In this document: one piece after another, positions 40,301 through 55,300 of the stretch
How positions within the stretch are numbered: position 1 is the stretch's first letter
Layout of the letters: each line of letters opens with the position of its first letter
Assembly: GCA_964016885.1 (NCBI GenBank)
Contig: CAXHJY010001284.1
Location: 124,001-188,000 of the forward strand
Source: Eledone cirrhosa
Lineage: Eukaryota
DNA length: 64,000 nucleotides
Direction of reading: 5' to 3'
The notes under the pieces: generated by a model
The model's input: only the letters and a program-made list of their open reading frames with translations
What the model was told of the DNA's origin: nothing
Databases searched by the model: none
Position numbers and translations under genes: made by a program

Positions 40301-43300
40301 ACTGAGAAAATACAATAGTATATATAGAGTAATGTAAATGTTATGTAAGGTAAAGCCTTTACTGGGAAAATACAATAGTATATATAGAGTAATATAAATG
40401 TTATGTAAGGTAAAGCCTTTACTGAGAAAATACAATAGTATATATAGAGTAATATAAATATTATGGAAGGTAAAGCCTTTACTGGGAAAATACAATAATA
40501 TATATAGAGTAATGTCAATGTTATGTAAGGTAAAGCCTTTACTGAGAAAATACAATAGTATATATAGAGTAATGTAAATGTTATGTAAGGTAAACCTTTT
40601 ACTGGGAAAATACAATAGTATATATAGAGTAATATAAATGTTATGTGAGGTAAAGCCTTTACTGAGAAAATACAATAGTATATATAGAGTAATATAAATG
40701 TTATGGAAGGTAAAGCCTTTACTGGGAAAATACAATAGTATATATAGAGTAATGTAAATGTTATGTAAGGTAAAGCCTTTACTGAGAAAATACAATAGTA
40801 TATATAGAGTAATGTAAATGTTATGTAAAGTAAAGCCTTTACTGAGAAAATACAATAGTATATATAGAGTAATGTAAATGTTATGGAAGGTAAAGCCTTT
40901 ACTGAGAAGATACAATAGTATATATAGAGTAATGTAAATGTTATGTAAGGTAAAGCCTTTACTGAGAAAATACAATAGTATATATAGAGTAATGTAAATG
41001 TTATGTAAGGTAAACCTTTTACTGGGAAAATACAATAGTATATATAGAATGATGTAAATGTTATGTAACGTAAAGCCTTTACTGAGAAAATACGATAGTA
41101 TATATAGAGTAATGTAAATGTTATGTAAGGTAAAGCCTTTACTGAGAAAATACAATAGTATATATAGAGTAATGTAAATGTTATGGAAGGTAAAGCCTTT
41201 ACTGAGAAAATACAATAGTATATATAGAGTAATGTAAATGTTATGGAAGGTAAAGCCTTTACTGAGAAAATACAATAGTATATATAGAGTAATATAAATG
41301 TTATGTAAGGTAAAGCCTTTACTGAGAAAATACAATAGTATATATAGAGTAATATAAATGTTATGGAAGGTAAAGCCTTTACTGGGAAAATACAATAATA
41401 TATATAGAGTAATGTAAATGTTATGTAAGGTAAAGCCTTTACTGAGAAAATACAATAGTATATATAGAGTAATGTAAATGTTATGTAAGGTAAACCTTTT
41501 ACTGGGAAAATACAATAGTATATATAGAGTAATATAAATGTTATGTAAGGTAAAGCCTTTACTGAGAAAATACAATAGTATATATAGAGTAATATAAATG
41601 TTATGGAAGGTAAAGCCTTTACTGGGAAAATACAATAGTATATATAGAGAAATGTAAATGTTATGTAAGGTAAAGCCTTTACTGAGAAAATACAATAGTA
41701 TATATAGAGTAATGTAAATGTTATGTAAGGTAAAGCCTTTACTGAGAAAATACAATAACATATATAAATTAATCTAAATGTTATGTAAGGTAAAGCCTTT
41801 ACTTAGAAAATACAATAGTATATATAGAGTAATGTAAATGTTATGTAAGGTAAAGCCTTTACTGAGAAAATACAATAGTATATATAGAGTAATGTAAATG
41901 TTATGTAAGGTAAAGCCTTTACTGAGAAAATACAATAGTATATATAGAGTAATGTAAATGTTATGTAAAGTAAAGCCTTTACTGAGAAAATACAATAGTA
42001 TATATAGAGTAATGTAAATGTTATGGAAGGTAAAGCCTTTACTGAGAAGATACAATAGTATATATAGAGTAATGTAAATGTTATGTAAGGTAAAGCCTTT
42101 ACTGAGAAAATACAATAGTATATATAGAGTAATGTAAATGTTATGTAAGGTAAACCTTTTACTGGGAAAATACAATAGTATATATAGAATGATGTAAATG
42201 TTATGTAAGGTAAAGCCTTTACTGAGAAAATACGATAGTATATATAGAATAATGTAAATGTTATGTAAGGTAAAGCCTTTACTGAGAAAATACAATAGTA
42301 TATATAGAGTAATGTAAATGTTATGTAAGGTAAAGCCTTTACTGAGAAAATACAATAGTATATATAGAGTAATGTAAATGTTATGTAAGGTAAAGCCTTT
42401 ACTGATAAAATACAATAACATATATAAATTAATCTAAATGTTATGTAAGGTAAAGCCTTTACTGATAAAATACAATAGTATATATAGAGTAATGTAAATG
42501 TTATGTAAGGTAAAGCCTTTACTGAGAAAATACAATAGTATATATAGAGTAATATAAATGTTATGTAAGGTAAAGCCTTTACTGAGAAAATACAATAGTA
42601 TATATAGAGTAATATAAATGTTATGGAAGGTAAATCCTTTACTGGGAAAATACAATAGTATATATAGAGAAATGTAAATGTTATGTAAGGTAAAGCCTTT
42701 ACTGAGAAAATACAATAGTATATATAGAGTAATGTAAATGTTATGTAAGGTAAAGCCTTTACTGAGAAAATACAATAACATATATAAATTAATCTAAATG
42801 TTATGTAAGGTAAAGCCTTTACTTAGAAAATACAATAGTATATATAGAGTAATGTAAATGTTATGTAAGGTAAAGCCTTTACTGAGAAAATACAATAGTA
42901 TATATAGAGTAATGTAAATGTTATGTAAGGTAAAGCCTTTACTGAGAAAATACAATAGTATATATAGAGTAATGTAAATGTTATGTAAGGTAAAGCCTTT
43001 ACTTAGAAAATACAATAGTATATATAGAGTAATGTAAATGTTATGTAAGGTAAACCTTTTACTGGGAAAATACAATAGTATATATAGAATGATGTAAATG
43101 TTATGGAAGGTAAAGCCTTTACTGAGAAGATACAATAGTATATATAGAGTAATGTAAATGTTATGTAAGGTAAAGCCTTTACTGAGAAAATACAATAGTA
43201 TATATAGAGTAATGTAAATGTTATGTAAGGTAAACCTTTTACTGGGAAAATACAATAGTATATATAGAATGATGTAAATGTTATGTAAGGTAAAGCCTTT

Positions 43301-46300
43301 ACTAATAAAATACAATAACATATATAAATTAATCTAAATGTTATGTAAGGTAAAGCCTTTACTGATAAAATACAATAGTATATATAGAGTAATGTAAATG
43401 TTATGTAAGGTAAAGCCTTTACTGAGAAAATACAATAGTATATATAGAGTAATATAAATGTTATGTAAGGTAAAGCCTTTACTGAGAAAATACAATAGTA
43501 TATATAGAGTAATATAAATGTTATGGAAGGTAAAGCCTTTACTGGGAAAATACAATAGTATATATAGAGTAATGTAAATGTTATGTAAGGTAAAGCCTTT
43601 ACTGAGAAAATACAATAGTATATATAGAGTAATGTAAATGTTATGGAAGGTAAAGCCTTTACTGAGAAAATACAATAGTATATATAGAGTAATGTAAAAG
43701 TTATGTAAGGTAAACCTTTGACTGGGAAAATACAATAGTATATATAGAGTAATATAAATGTTATGGAAGGTAAAGCCTTTACTGGGAAAATACAATAATA
43801 TATATAGAGTAATATAAATGTTATGTAAGGTAAAGCCTTTACTGAGAAAATACAATAGTATATATAGAGTAATATAAATGTTATGGAAGGTAAAGCCTTT
43901 ACTGGGAAAATACAATAATATATATAGAGTAATGTAAATGTTATGTAAGGTAAAGCCTTTACTGAGAAAATACAATAGTATATATAGAGTAATGTAAATA
44001 TTATGTAAGGTAAACCTTTTACTGGGAAAATACAATAGTATATATAGAGTAATATAAATGTTATGTAAGGTAAAGCCTTTACTGAGAAAATACAATAGTA
44101 TATATAGAGTAATATAAATGTTATGGAAGGTAAAGCCTTTACTGGGAAAATACATAGTATATATAGAGAAATGTAAATGTTATGTAAGGTAAAGCCTTTA
44201 CTGAGAAAATACAATAGTATATATAGAGTAATGTAAATGTTATGTAAGGTAAAGCCTTTACTGAGAAAATACAATAACATATATAAATTAATCTAAATGT
44301 TATGTAAGGTAAAGCCTTTACTTAGAAAATACAATAGTATATATAGAGTAATGTAAATGTTATGTAAGGTAAAGCCTTTACTGAGAAAATACAATAGTAT
44401 ATATAGAGTAATGTAAATGTTATGTAAGGTAAAGCCTTTACTGAGAAAATACAATAGTATATATAGAGTAATATAAATGTTATTTAAGGTAAAGCCTTTA
44501 CTGAGAAAATACAATAGTATATATAGAGTAATATAAATGTTATGGAAGGTAAAGCCTTTACTGGGAAAATACAATAGTATATATAGAGTAATGTAAATGT
44601 TATGTAAGGTAAAGCCTTTACTGAGAAAATACAATAGTATATATAGAGTAATGTAAATGTTATGGAAGGTAAAGCCTTTACTGAGAAAATACAATAGTAT
44701 ATATAGAGTAATGTAAATGTTATGTAAGGTAAAGCCTTTACGGAGAAAATACAATAATGTATATAGAGTAATGTAAATGTTATGTAAGGTAAAGCCTTTA
44801 CTGAGAAAATACAATAGTATATATAGAGTAATGTAAATGTTATGTAAGGTAAAGCCTTTACTGGGAAAATACAATAGTATATATAGAGTAATGTAAATGT
44901 TATGTAAGGTAAAGCCTTTACTGAGAAAATACAATAGTATATATAGAGTAATATAAATGTTATGTAAGGTAAAGCCTTTACTGAGAAAATACAATAGTAT
45001 ATATAGAGTAATATAAATATTATGGAAGGTAAAGCCTTTACTGGGAAAATACAATAATATATATAGAGTAATGTCAATGTTATGTAAGGTAAAGCCTTTA
45101 CTGAGAAAATACAATAGTATATATAGAGTAATGTAAATGTTATGTAAGGTAAACCTTTTACTGGGAAAATACAATAGTATATATAGAGTAATATAAATGT
45201 TATGTGAGGTAAAGCCTTTACTGAGAAAATACAATAGTATATATAGAGTAATATAAATGTTATGGAAGGTAAAGCCTTTACTGGGAAAATACAATAGTAT
45301 ATATAGAGAAATGTAAATGTTATGTAAGGTAAAGCCTTTACTGAGAAAATACAATAGTATATATAGAGTAATGTAAATGTTATGTAAGGTAAAGCCTTTA
45401 CTGAGAAAATACAATAACATATATAAATTAATCTAAATGTTATGTAAGGTAAAGCCTTTACTTAGAAAATACAATAGTATATATAGAGTAATGTAAATGT
45501 TATGTAAGGTAAAGCCTTTACTGAGAAAATACAATAGTATATATAGAGTAATGTAAATGTTATGTAAGGTAAAGCCTTTACTGAGAAAATACAATAGTAT
45601 ATATAGAGTAATGTAAATGTTATGGAAGGTAAAGCCTTTACTGGGAAAATACAATAATATATATAGAGTAATATAAATGTTATGTAAGGTAAAGCCTTTA
45701 CTGAGAAAATACAATAGTATATATAGAGTAATATAAATGTTATGGAAGGTAAAGCCTTTACTGGGAAAATACAATAATATATATAGAGTAATGTAAATGT
45801 TATGTAAGGTAAAGCCTTTACTGAGAAAATACAATAGTATATATAGAGTAATGTAAATGTTATGTAAGGTAAACCTTTTACTGGGAAAATACAATAGTAT
45901 ATATAGAGTAATATAAATGTTATGTAAGGTAAAGCCTTTACTGAGAAAATACAATAGTATATATAGAGTAATATAAATGTTATGGAAGGTAAAGCCTTTA
46001 CTGGGAAAATACATAGTATATATAGAGAAATGTAAATGTTATGTAAGGTAAAGCCTTTACTGAGAAAATACAATAGTATATATAGAGTAATGTAAATGTT
46101 ATGTAAGGTAAAGCCTTTACTGAGAAAATACAATAACATATATAAATTAATCTAAATGTTATGTAAGGTAAAGCCTTTACTTAGAAAATACAATAGTATA
46201 TATAGAGTAATGTAAATGTTATGTAAGGTAAAGCCTTTACTGAGAAAATACAATAGTATATATAGAGTAATGTAAATGTTATGTAAGGTAAAGCCTTTAC

Positions 46301-49300
46301 TGAGAAAATACAATAGTATATATAGAGTAATATAAATGTTATTTAAGGTAAAGCCTTTACTGAGAAAATACAATAGTATATATAGAGTAATATAAATGTT
46401 ATGGAAGGTAAAGCCTTTACTGGGAAAATACAATAGTATATATAGAGTAATGTAAATGTTATGTAAGGTAAAGCCTTTACTGAGAAAATACAATAGTATA
46501 TATAGAGTAATGTAAATGTTATGGAAGGTAAAGCCTTTACTGAGAAAATACAATAGTATATATAGAGTAATGTAAATGTTATGTAAGGTAAAGCCTTTAC
46601 GGAGAAAATACAATAATGTATATAGAGTAATGTAAATGTTATGTAAGGTAAAGCCTTTACTGAGAAAATACAATAGTATATATAGAGTAATGTAAATGTT
46701 ATGTAAGGTAAAGCCTTTACTGGGAAAATACAATAGTATATATAGAGTAATATAAATGTTATGTAAGGTAAAGCCTTTACTGAGAAAATACAATAGTATA
46801 TATAGAGTAATATAAATATTATGGAAGGTAAAGCCTTTACTGGGAAAATACAATAATATATATAGAGTAATGTCAATGTTATGTAAGGTAAAGCCTTTAC
46901 TGAGAAAATACAATAGTATATATAGAGTAATGTAAATGTTATGTAAGGTAAACCTTTTACTGGGAAAATACAATAGTATATATAGAGTAATATAAATGTT
47001 ATGTGAGGTAAAGCCTTTACTGAGAAAATACAATAGTATATATAGAGTAATATAAATGTTATGGAAGGTAAAGCCTTTACTGGGAAAATACAATAGTATA
47101 TATAGAGAAATGTAAATGTTATGTAAGGTAAAGCCTTTACTGAGAAAATACAATAGTATATATAGAGTAATGTAAATGTTATGTAAGGTAAAGCCTTTAC
47201 TGAGAAAATACAATAACATATATAAATTAATCTAAATGTTATGTAAGGTAAAGCCTTTACTTAGAAAATACAATAGTATATATAGAGTAATGTAAATGTT
47301 ATGTAAGGTAAAGCCTTTACTGAGAAAATACAATAGTATATATAGAGTAATGTAAATGTTATGTAAGGTAAAGCCTTTACTGAGAAAATACAATAGTATA
47401 TATAGAGTAATGTAAATGTTATGGAAGGTAAAGCCTTTACTGAGAAAATACAATAGTATATATAGAGTAATGTAAATGTTATGTAAGGTAAAGCCTTTAC
47501 TGAGAAAATACAATAGTATATATAGAGTAATGTAAATGTTATGTAAGGTAAAAGCCTTTACTGAGAAAATACAATAGTATATATAGAGTAATGTAAATGT
47601 TATGTAAGGTAAAGCCTTTACGGAGAAAATACAATAATATATATAGAGTAATGTAAATGTTATGTAAGGTAAAGCCTTTACTGAGAAAATACAATAGTAT
47701 ATATAGAGTAATGTAAATGTTATGTAAAGTAAAGCCTTTACTGAGAAAATACAATAGTATATATAGAGTAATGTAAATGTTATGTAAGGTAAAGCCTTTA
47801 CTGGGAAAATACAATAGTATATATAGAGTAATTTAAATGTTATGTAAGGTAAAGCCTTTACTGAGAAAATACAATAGTATATATAGAGTAATGTAAATGT
47901 TATGTAACGTAAAGCCTTTACTGGGAAAATACAATAGTATATATAGAGTAATGTAAATGTTATGTAAGGTAAAGCCTTTACTGAGAAAATACAATAGTAT
48001 ATATAGAGTAATGTAAATGTTATGTAAGGTAAAGCCTTTACTGAGAAAATACAATAACATATATAGAGTAATGTAAATGTTATGTAAGGTAAAGCCTTTA
48101 CTGAGAAAATACAATAGTATATATAGAGTAATATAAATGTTATGGAAGATAAAGCCTTTACTGAGAAAATACAATAGTATATATAGAGTAATGTAAATGT
48201 TATGTAAGGTAAAGCCTTTACTGAGAAAATACAATAGTATATATAGAGTAATATAAATGTTATGTAAGGTAAAGCCTTTACTGAGAAAATACAATAGTAT
48301 ATATAGAGTAATATAAATGTTATGGAAGGTAAAGCCTTTACTGGGAAAATACAATAGTATATATAGAGTAATGTAAATGTTATGTAAGGTAAAGCCTTTA
48401 CTGAGAAAATACAATAGTATATATAGAGTAATGTAAATGTTATGTAAGGTAAAGCCTTTACTGAGAAAATACAATAACATATATAGAGTAATGTAAATGT
48501 TATGTAAGGTAAAGCCTTTACTGAGAAAATACAATAGTATATATAGAGTAATATAAATGTTATGGAAGATAAAGCCTTTACTGAGAAAATACAATAGTAT
48601 ATATAGAGTAATGTAAATGTTATGTAAGGTAAAGCCTTTACTGAGAAAATACAATAGTATATATAGAGTAATGTAAATGTTATGTAAGGTAAAGCCTTTA
48701 CTGAGAAAATACAATAACATATATAAATTAATCTAAATGTTATGTAAGGTAAAGCCTTTACTTAGAAAATACAATAGTATATATAGAGTAATGTAAATGT
48801 TATGTAAGGTAAAGCCTTTACTGAGAAAATACAATAGTATATATAGAGTAATGTAAATGTTATGTAAGGTAAAGCCTTTACTGAGAAAATACAATAGTAT
48901 ATATAGAGTAATGTAAATGTTATGGAAGGTAAAGCCTTTACTGAGAAAATACAATAGTATATATAGAGTAATGTAAATGTTATGTAAGGTAAAGCCTTTA
49001 CTGAGAAAATACAATAGTATATATAGAGTAATGTAAATGTTATGTAAGGTAAAAGCCTTTACTGAGAAAATACAATAGTATATATAGAGTAATGTAAATG
49101 TTATGTAAGGTAAAGCCTTTACGGAGAAAATACAATAATATATATAGAGTAATGTAAATGTTATGTAAGGTAAAGCCTTTACTGAGAAAATACAATAGTA
49201 TATATAGAGTAATGTAAATGTTATGTAAAGTAAAGCCTTTACTGAGAAAATACAATAGTATATATAGAGTAATGTAAATGTTATGTAAGGTAAAGCCTTT

Positions 49301-52300
49301 ACTGGGAAAATACAATAGTATATATAGAGTAATTTAAATGTTATGTAAGGTAAAGCCTTTACTGAGAAAATACAATAGTATATATAGAGTAATGTAAATG
49401 TTATGTAACGTAAAGCCTTTACTGGGAAAATACAATAGTATATATAGAGTAATGTAAATGTTATGTAAGGTAAAGCCTTTACTGAGAAAATACAATAGTA
49501 TATATAGAGTAATGTAAATGTTATGTAAGGTAAAGCCTTTACTGAGAAAATACAATAACATATATAGAGTAATGTAAATGTTATGTAAGGTAAAGCCTTT
49601 ACTGAGAAAATACAATAGTATATATAGAGTAATATAAATGTTATGGAAGATAAAGCCTTTACTGAGAAAATACAATAGTATATATAGAGTAATGTAAATG
49701 TTATGTAAGGTAAAGTCTTTACTGAGAAAATACAATAGTATATATAGAGTAATATAAATGTTATGTAAGGTAAAGCCTTTACTGAGAAAATACAATAGTG
49801 TATATAGAGTAATATAAATGTTATGGAAGGTAAAGCCTTTACTGGGAAAATACAATAGTATATATAGAGTAATGTAAATGTTATGTAAGGTAAAGCCTTT
49901 ACTGAGAAAATACAATAGTATATATAGAGTAATGTAAATGTTATGTAAGGTAAAGCCTTTACTGAGAAAATACAATAGTATATATAGAGTAATGTAAATG
50001 TTATGTAAGGTAAAAGCCTTTACTGAGAAAATACAATAGTATATATAGAGTAATGTAAATGTTATGTAAGGTAAAGCCTTTACGGAGAAAATACAATAAT
50101 ATATATAGAGTAATGTAAATGTTATGTAAGGTAAAGCCTTTACTGGGAAAATACAATAGTATATATAGAGTAATTTAAATGTTATGTAAAGTAAAGCCTT
50201 TACTGAGAAAATACAATAGTATATATAGAGTAATGTAAATGTTATGTAACGTAAAGCCTTTACTGGGAAAATACAATAGTATATATAGAGTAATGTAAAT
50301 GTTATGTAAGGTAAAGCCTTTACTGAGAAAATACAATAGTATATATAGAGTAATGTAAATGTTATGGAAGGTAAAGCCTTTACTGAGAAGATACAATAGT
50401 ATATATAGAGTAATGTAAATGTTATGTAAGGTAAAGCCTTTACTGAGAAAATACAATAGTATATATAGAGTAATGTAAATGTTATGTAAGGTAAAGCCTT
50501 TACTGGGAAAATACAATAGTATATATAGAGTAATGTAAATGTTATGTAAGGTAAAGCCTTTACTGAGAAAATACAATAGTATATATAGAGTAATGTAAAT
50601 GTTATGTAAGGTAAAGCCTTTACTGAGAAAATACAATAGTATATATAGAGTAATGTAAATGTTATGTAAGGTAAAGCCTTTACCGAGAAAATACAATAGT
50701 ATATATAGAGTAATGTAAATGTTATGTAAGGTAAAGCCTTTACTGAGAAAATACAATAACATATATAGAGTAATGTAAATGTTATGTAAGGTAAAGCCTT
50801 TACTGAGAAAATACAATAGTATATATAGAGTAATATAAATGTTATGGAAGATAAAGCCTTTACTGAGAAAATACAATAGTATATATAGAGTAATGTAAAT
50901 GTTATGTAAGGTAAAGCCTTTACTGAGAAAATACAATAACATATATAGAGTAATCTAAATGTTATGTAAGGTAAAGCCTTTACTGAGAAAATACAATAGT
51001 ATATATAGAGTAATGTAAATTTTATGTAAGGTAAAGCCTTTACTGAGAAAATACAATAGTATATATAGAGTAATGTAAATGTTATGTAAGGTAAAAGCCT
51101 TTACTGAGAAAATACAATAGTATATATAGAGTAATGTAAATGTTATGTAAGGTAAAGCCTTTACGGAGAAAATACAATAATATATATAGAGTAATGTAAA
51201 TGTTATGTAAGGTAAAGCCTTTACTGAGAAAATACAATAATATATATAGAGTAATGTAAATGTTATGTAAGGTAAAGCCTTTACTGAGAAAATACAATAG
51301 TATATATAGAGTAATGTAAATGTTATGTAAAGTAAAGCCTTTACTGAGAAAATACAATAGTATATATAGAGTAATGTAAATGTTATGTAAGGTAAAGCCT
51401 TTACTGGGAAAATACAATAGTATATATAGAGTAATTTAAATGTTATGTAAGGTAAAGCCTTTACTGAGAAAATACAATAGTATATATAGAGTAATGTAAA
51501 TGTTATGTAACGTAAAGCCTTTACTGGGAAAATACAATAGTATATATAGAGTAATGTAAATGTTATGTAAGGTAAAGCCTTTACTGAGAAAATACAATAG
51601 TATATATAGAGTAATGTAAATGTTATGTAAGGTAAAGCCTTTACTGAGAAAATACAATAGTATATATAGAGTAATGTAAATGTTATGTAAGGTAAAGCCT
51701 TTACTGAGAAAATACAATAGTATATATAGAGTAATGTGAATGTTATGTAAGGTAAAGCCTTTACTGAGAAAATACAATAACATATATAGAGTAATGTAAA
51801 TGTTATGTAAGGTAAAGCCTTTACTGAGAAAATACAATAGTATATATAGAGTAATATAAATGTTATGGAAGATAAAGCCTTTACTGAGAAAATACAATAG
51901 TATATATAGAGTAATGTAAATGTTATGTAAGGTAAAGCCTTTACTGAGAAAATACAATAGTATATATAGAGTAATATAAATGTTATGTAAGGTAAAGCCT
52001 TTACTGAGAAAATACAATAGTATATATAGAGTAATATAAATGTTATGGAAGGTAAAGCCTTTACTGGGAAAATACAATAGTATATATAGAGTAATGTAAA
52101 TGTTATGTAAGGTAAAGCCTTTACTGAGAAAATACAATAACATATATAGAGTAATGTAAATGTTATGTAAGGTAAAGCCTTTACTGAGAAAATACAATAG
52201 TATATATAGAGTAATATAAATGTTATGGAAGATAAAGCCTTTACTGAGAAAATACAATAGTATATATAGAGTAATGTAAATGTTATGTAAGGTAAAGCCT

Positions 52301-55300
52301 TTACTGAGAAAATACAATAGTATATATAGAGTAATATAAATGTTATGTAAGGTAAAGCCTTTACTGAGAAAATACAATAGTATATATAGAGTAATATAAA
52401 TGTTATGGAAGGTAAAGCCTTTACTGGGAAAATACAATAGTATATATAGAGTAATGTAAATGTTATGTAAGGTAAAGCCTTTACTGAGAAAATACAATAG
52501 TATATATAGAGTAATGTAAATGTTATGGAAGGTAAAGCCTTTACTGAGAAAATACAATAGTATATATAGAGTAATGTAAATGTTATGTAAGGTAAAGCCT
52601 TTACTGAGAAAATACAATAGTATATATAGAGTAATGTAAATGTTATGTAAGGTAAAGCCTTTACTGAGAAAATACAATAGTATATATAGAGTAATATAAA
52701 TGTTATGTAAGGTAAAGCCTTTACTGAGAAAATACAATAGTATATATAGAGTAATATAAATGTTATGGAAGGTAAAGCCTTTACTGGGAAAATACAATAG
52801 TATATATAGAGTAATGTAAATGTTATGTAAGGTAAAGCCTTTACTGAGAAAATACAATAGTATATATAGAGTAATGTAAATGTTATGGAAGGTAAAGCCT
52901 TTACTGAGAAAATACAATAGTATATATAGAGTAATGTAAATGTTATGTAAGGTAAAGCCTTTACTGAGAAAATACAATAGTATATATAGAGTAATGTAAA
53001 TGTTATGTAAGGTAAAAGCCTTTACTGAGAAAATACAATAGTATATATAGAGTAATGTAAATGTTATGTAAGGTAAAGCCTTTACGGAGAAAATACAATA
53101 ATATATATAGAGTAATGTAAATATTATGTAAGGTAAAGCCTTTACTGAGAAAATACAATAGTATATATAGAGTAATGTAAATGTTATGTAAAGTAAAGCC
53201 TTTACTGAGAAAATACAATAGTATATATAGAGTAATGTAAATGTTATGTAAGGTAAAGCATTTACTGGGAAAATACAATAGTATATATAGAGTAATTTAA
53301 ATGTTATGTAAGGTAAAGCCTTTACTGAGAAAATACAATAGTATATATAGAGTAATGTAAATGTTATGTAACGTAAAGCCTTTACTGGGAAAATACAATA
53401 GTATATATAGAGTAATGTAAATGTTATGTAAGGTAAAGCCTTTACTGAGAAAATACAATAGTATATATAGAGTAATGTAAATGTTATGGAAGGTAAAGCC
53501 TTTACTGAGAAGATACAATAGTATATATAGAGTAATGTAAATGTTATGTAAGGTAAAGCCTTTACTGAGAAAATACAATAGTATATATAGAGTAATGTAA
53601 ATGTTATGTAAGGTAAAGCCTTTACTGAGAAAATACAATAGTATATATAGAGTAGTGTAAATGTTATGTAAGGTAAAGCCTTTACTGAGAAAATACAATA
53701 GTATATATAGAGTAATGTAAATGTTATGTAAGGTAAAGCCTTTACTGAGAAAATACAATAACATATATAGAGTAATGTAAATGTTATGTAAGGTAAAGCC
53801 TTTACTGAGAAAATACAATAGTATATATAGAGTAATATAAATGTTATGGAAGATAAAGCCTTTACTGAGAAAATACAATAGTATATATAGAGTAATGTAA
53901 ATGTTATGTAAGGTAAAGTCTTTACTGAGAAAATACAATAGTATATATAGAGTAATATAAATGTTATGTAAGGTAAAGCCTTTACTGAGAAAATACAATA
54001 GTGTATATAGAGTAATATAAATGTTATGGAAGGTAAAGCCTTTACTGGGAAAATACAATAGTATATATAGAGTAATGTAAATGTTATGTAAGGTAAAGCC
54101 TTTACTGAGAAAATACAATAGTATATATAGAGTAATGTAAATGTTATGTAAGGTAAAGCCTTTACTGAGAAAATACAATAGTATATATAGAGTAATGTAA
54201 ATGTTATGTAAGGTAAAAGCCTTTACTGAGAAAATACAATAGTATATATAGAGTAATGTAAATGTTATGTAAGGTAAAGCCTTTACGGAGAAAATACAAT
54301 AATATATATAGAGTAATGTAAATGTTATGTAAGGTAAAGCCTTTACTGGGAAAATACAATAGTATATATAGAGTAATTTAAATGTTATGTAAAGTAAAGC
54401 CTTTACTGAGAAAATACAATAGTATATATAGAGTAATGTAAATGTTATGTAACGTAAAGCCTTTACTGGGAAAATACAATAGTATATATAGAGTAATGTA
54501 AATGTTATGTAAGGTAAAGCCTTTACTGAGAAAATACAATAGTATATATAGAGTAATGTAAATGTTATGGAAGGTAAAGCCTTTACTGAGAAGATACAAT
54601 AGTATATATAGAGTAATGTAAATGTTATGTAAGGTAAAGCCTTTACTGAGAAAATACAATAGTATATATAGAGTAATGTAAATGTTATGTAAGGTAAAGC
54701 CTTTACTGGGAAAATACAATAGTATATATAGAGTAATGTAAATGTTATGTAAGGTAAAGCCTTTACTGAGAAAATACAATAGTATATATAGAGTAATGTA
54801 AATGTTATGTAAGGTAAAGCCTTTACTGAGAAAATACAATAGTATATATAGAGTAATGTAAATGTTATGTAAGGTAAAGCCTTTACCGAGAAAATACAAT
54901 AGTATGTATAGAGTAATGTAAATGTTATGTAAGGTAAAGCCTTTACTGAGAAAATACAATAACATATATAGAGTAATGTAAATGTTATGTAAGGTAAAGC
55001 CTTTACTGAGAAAATACAATAGTATATATAGAGTAATATAAATGTTATGGAAGATAAAGCCTTTACTGAGAAAATACAATAGTATATATAGAGTAATGTA
55101 AATGTTATGTAAGGTAAAGCCTTTACTGAGAAAATACAATAACATATATAGAGTAATCTAAATGTTATGTAAGGTAAAGCCTTTACTGAGAAAATACAAT
55201 AGTATATATAGAGTAATGTAAATTTTATGTAAGGTAAAGCCTTTACTGAGAAAATACAATAGTATATATAGAGTAATGTAAATGTTATGTAAGGTAAAGC

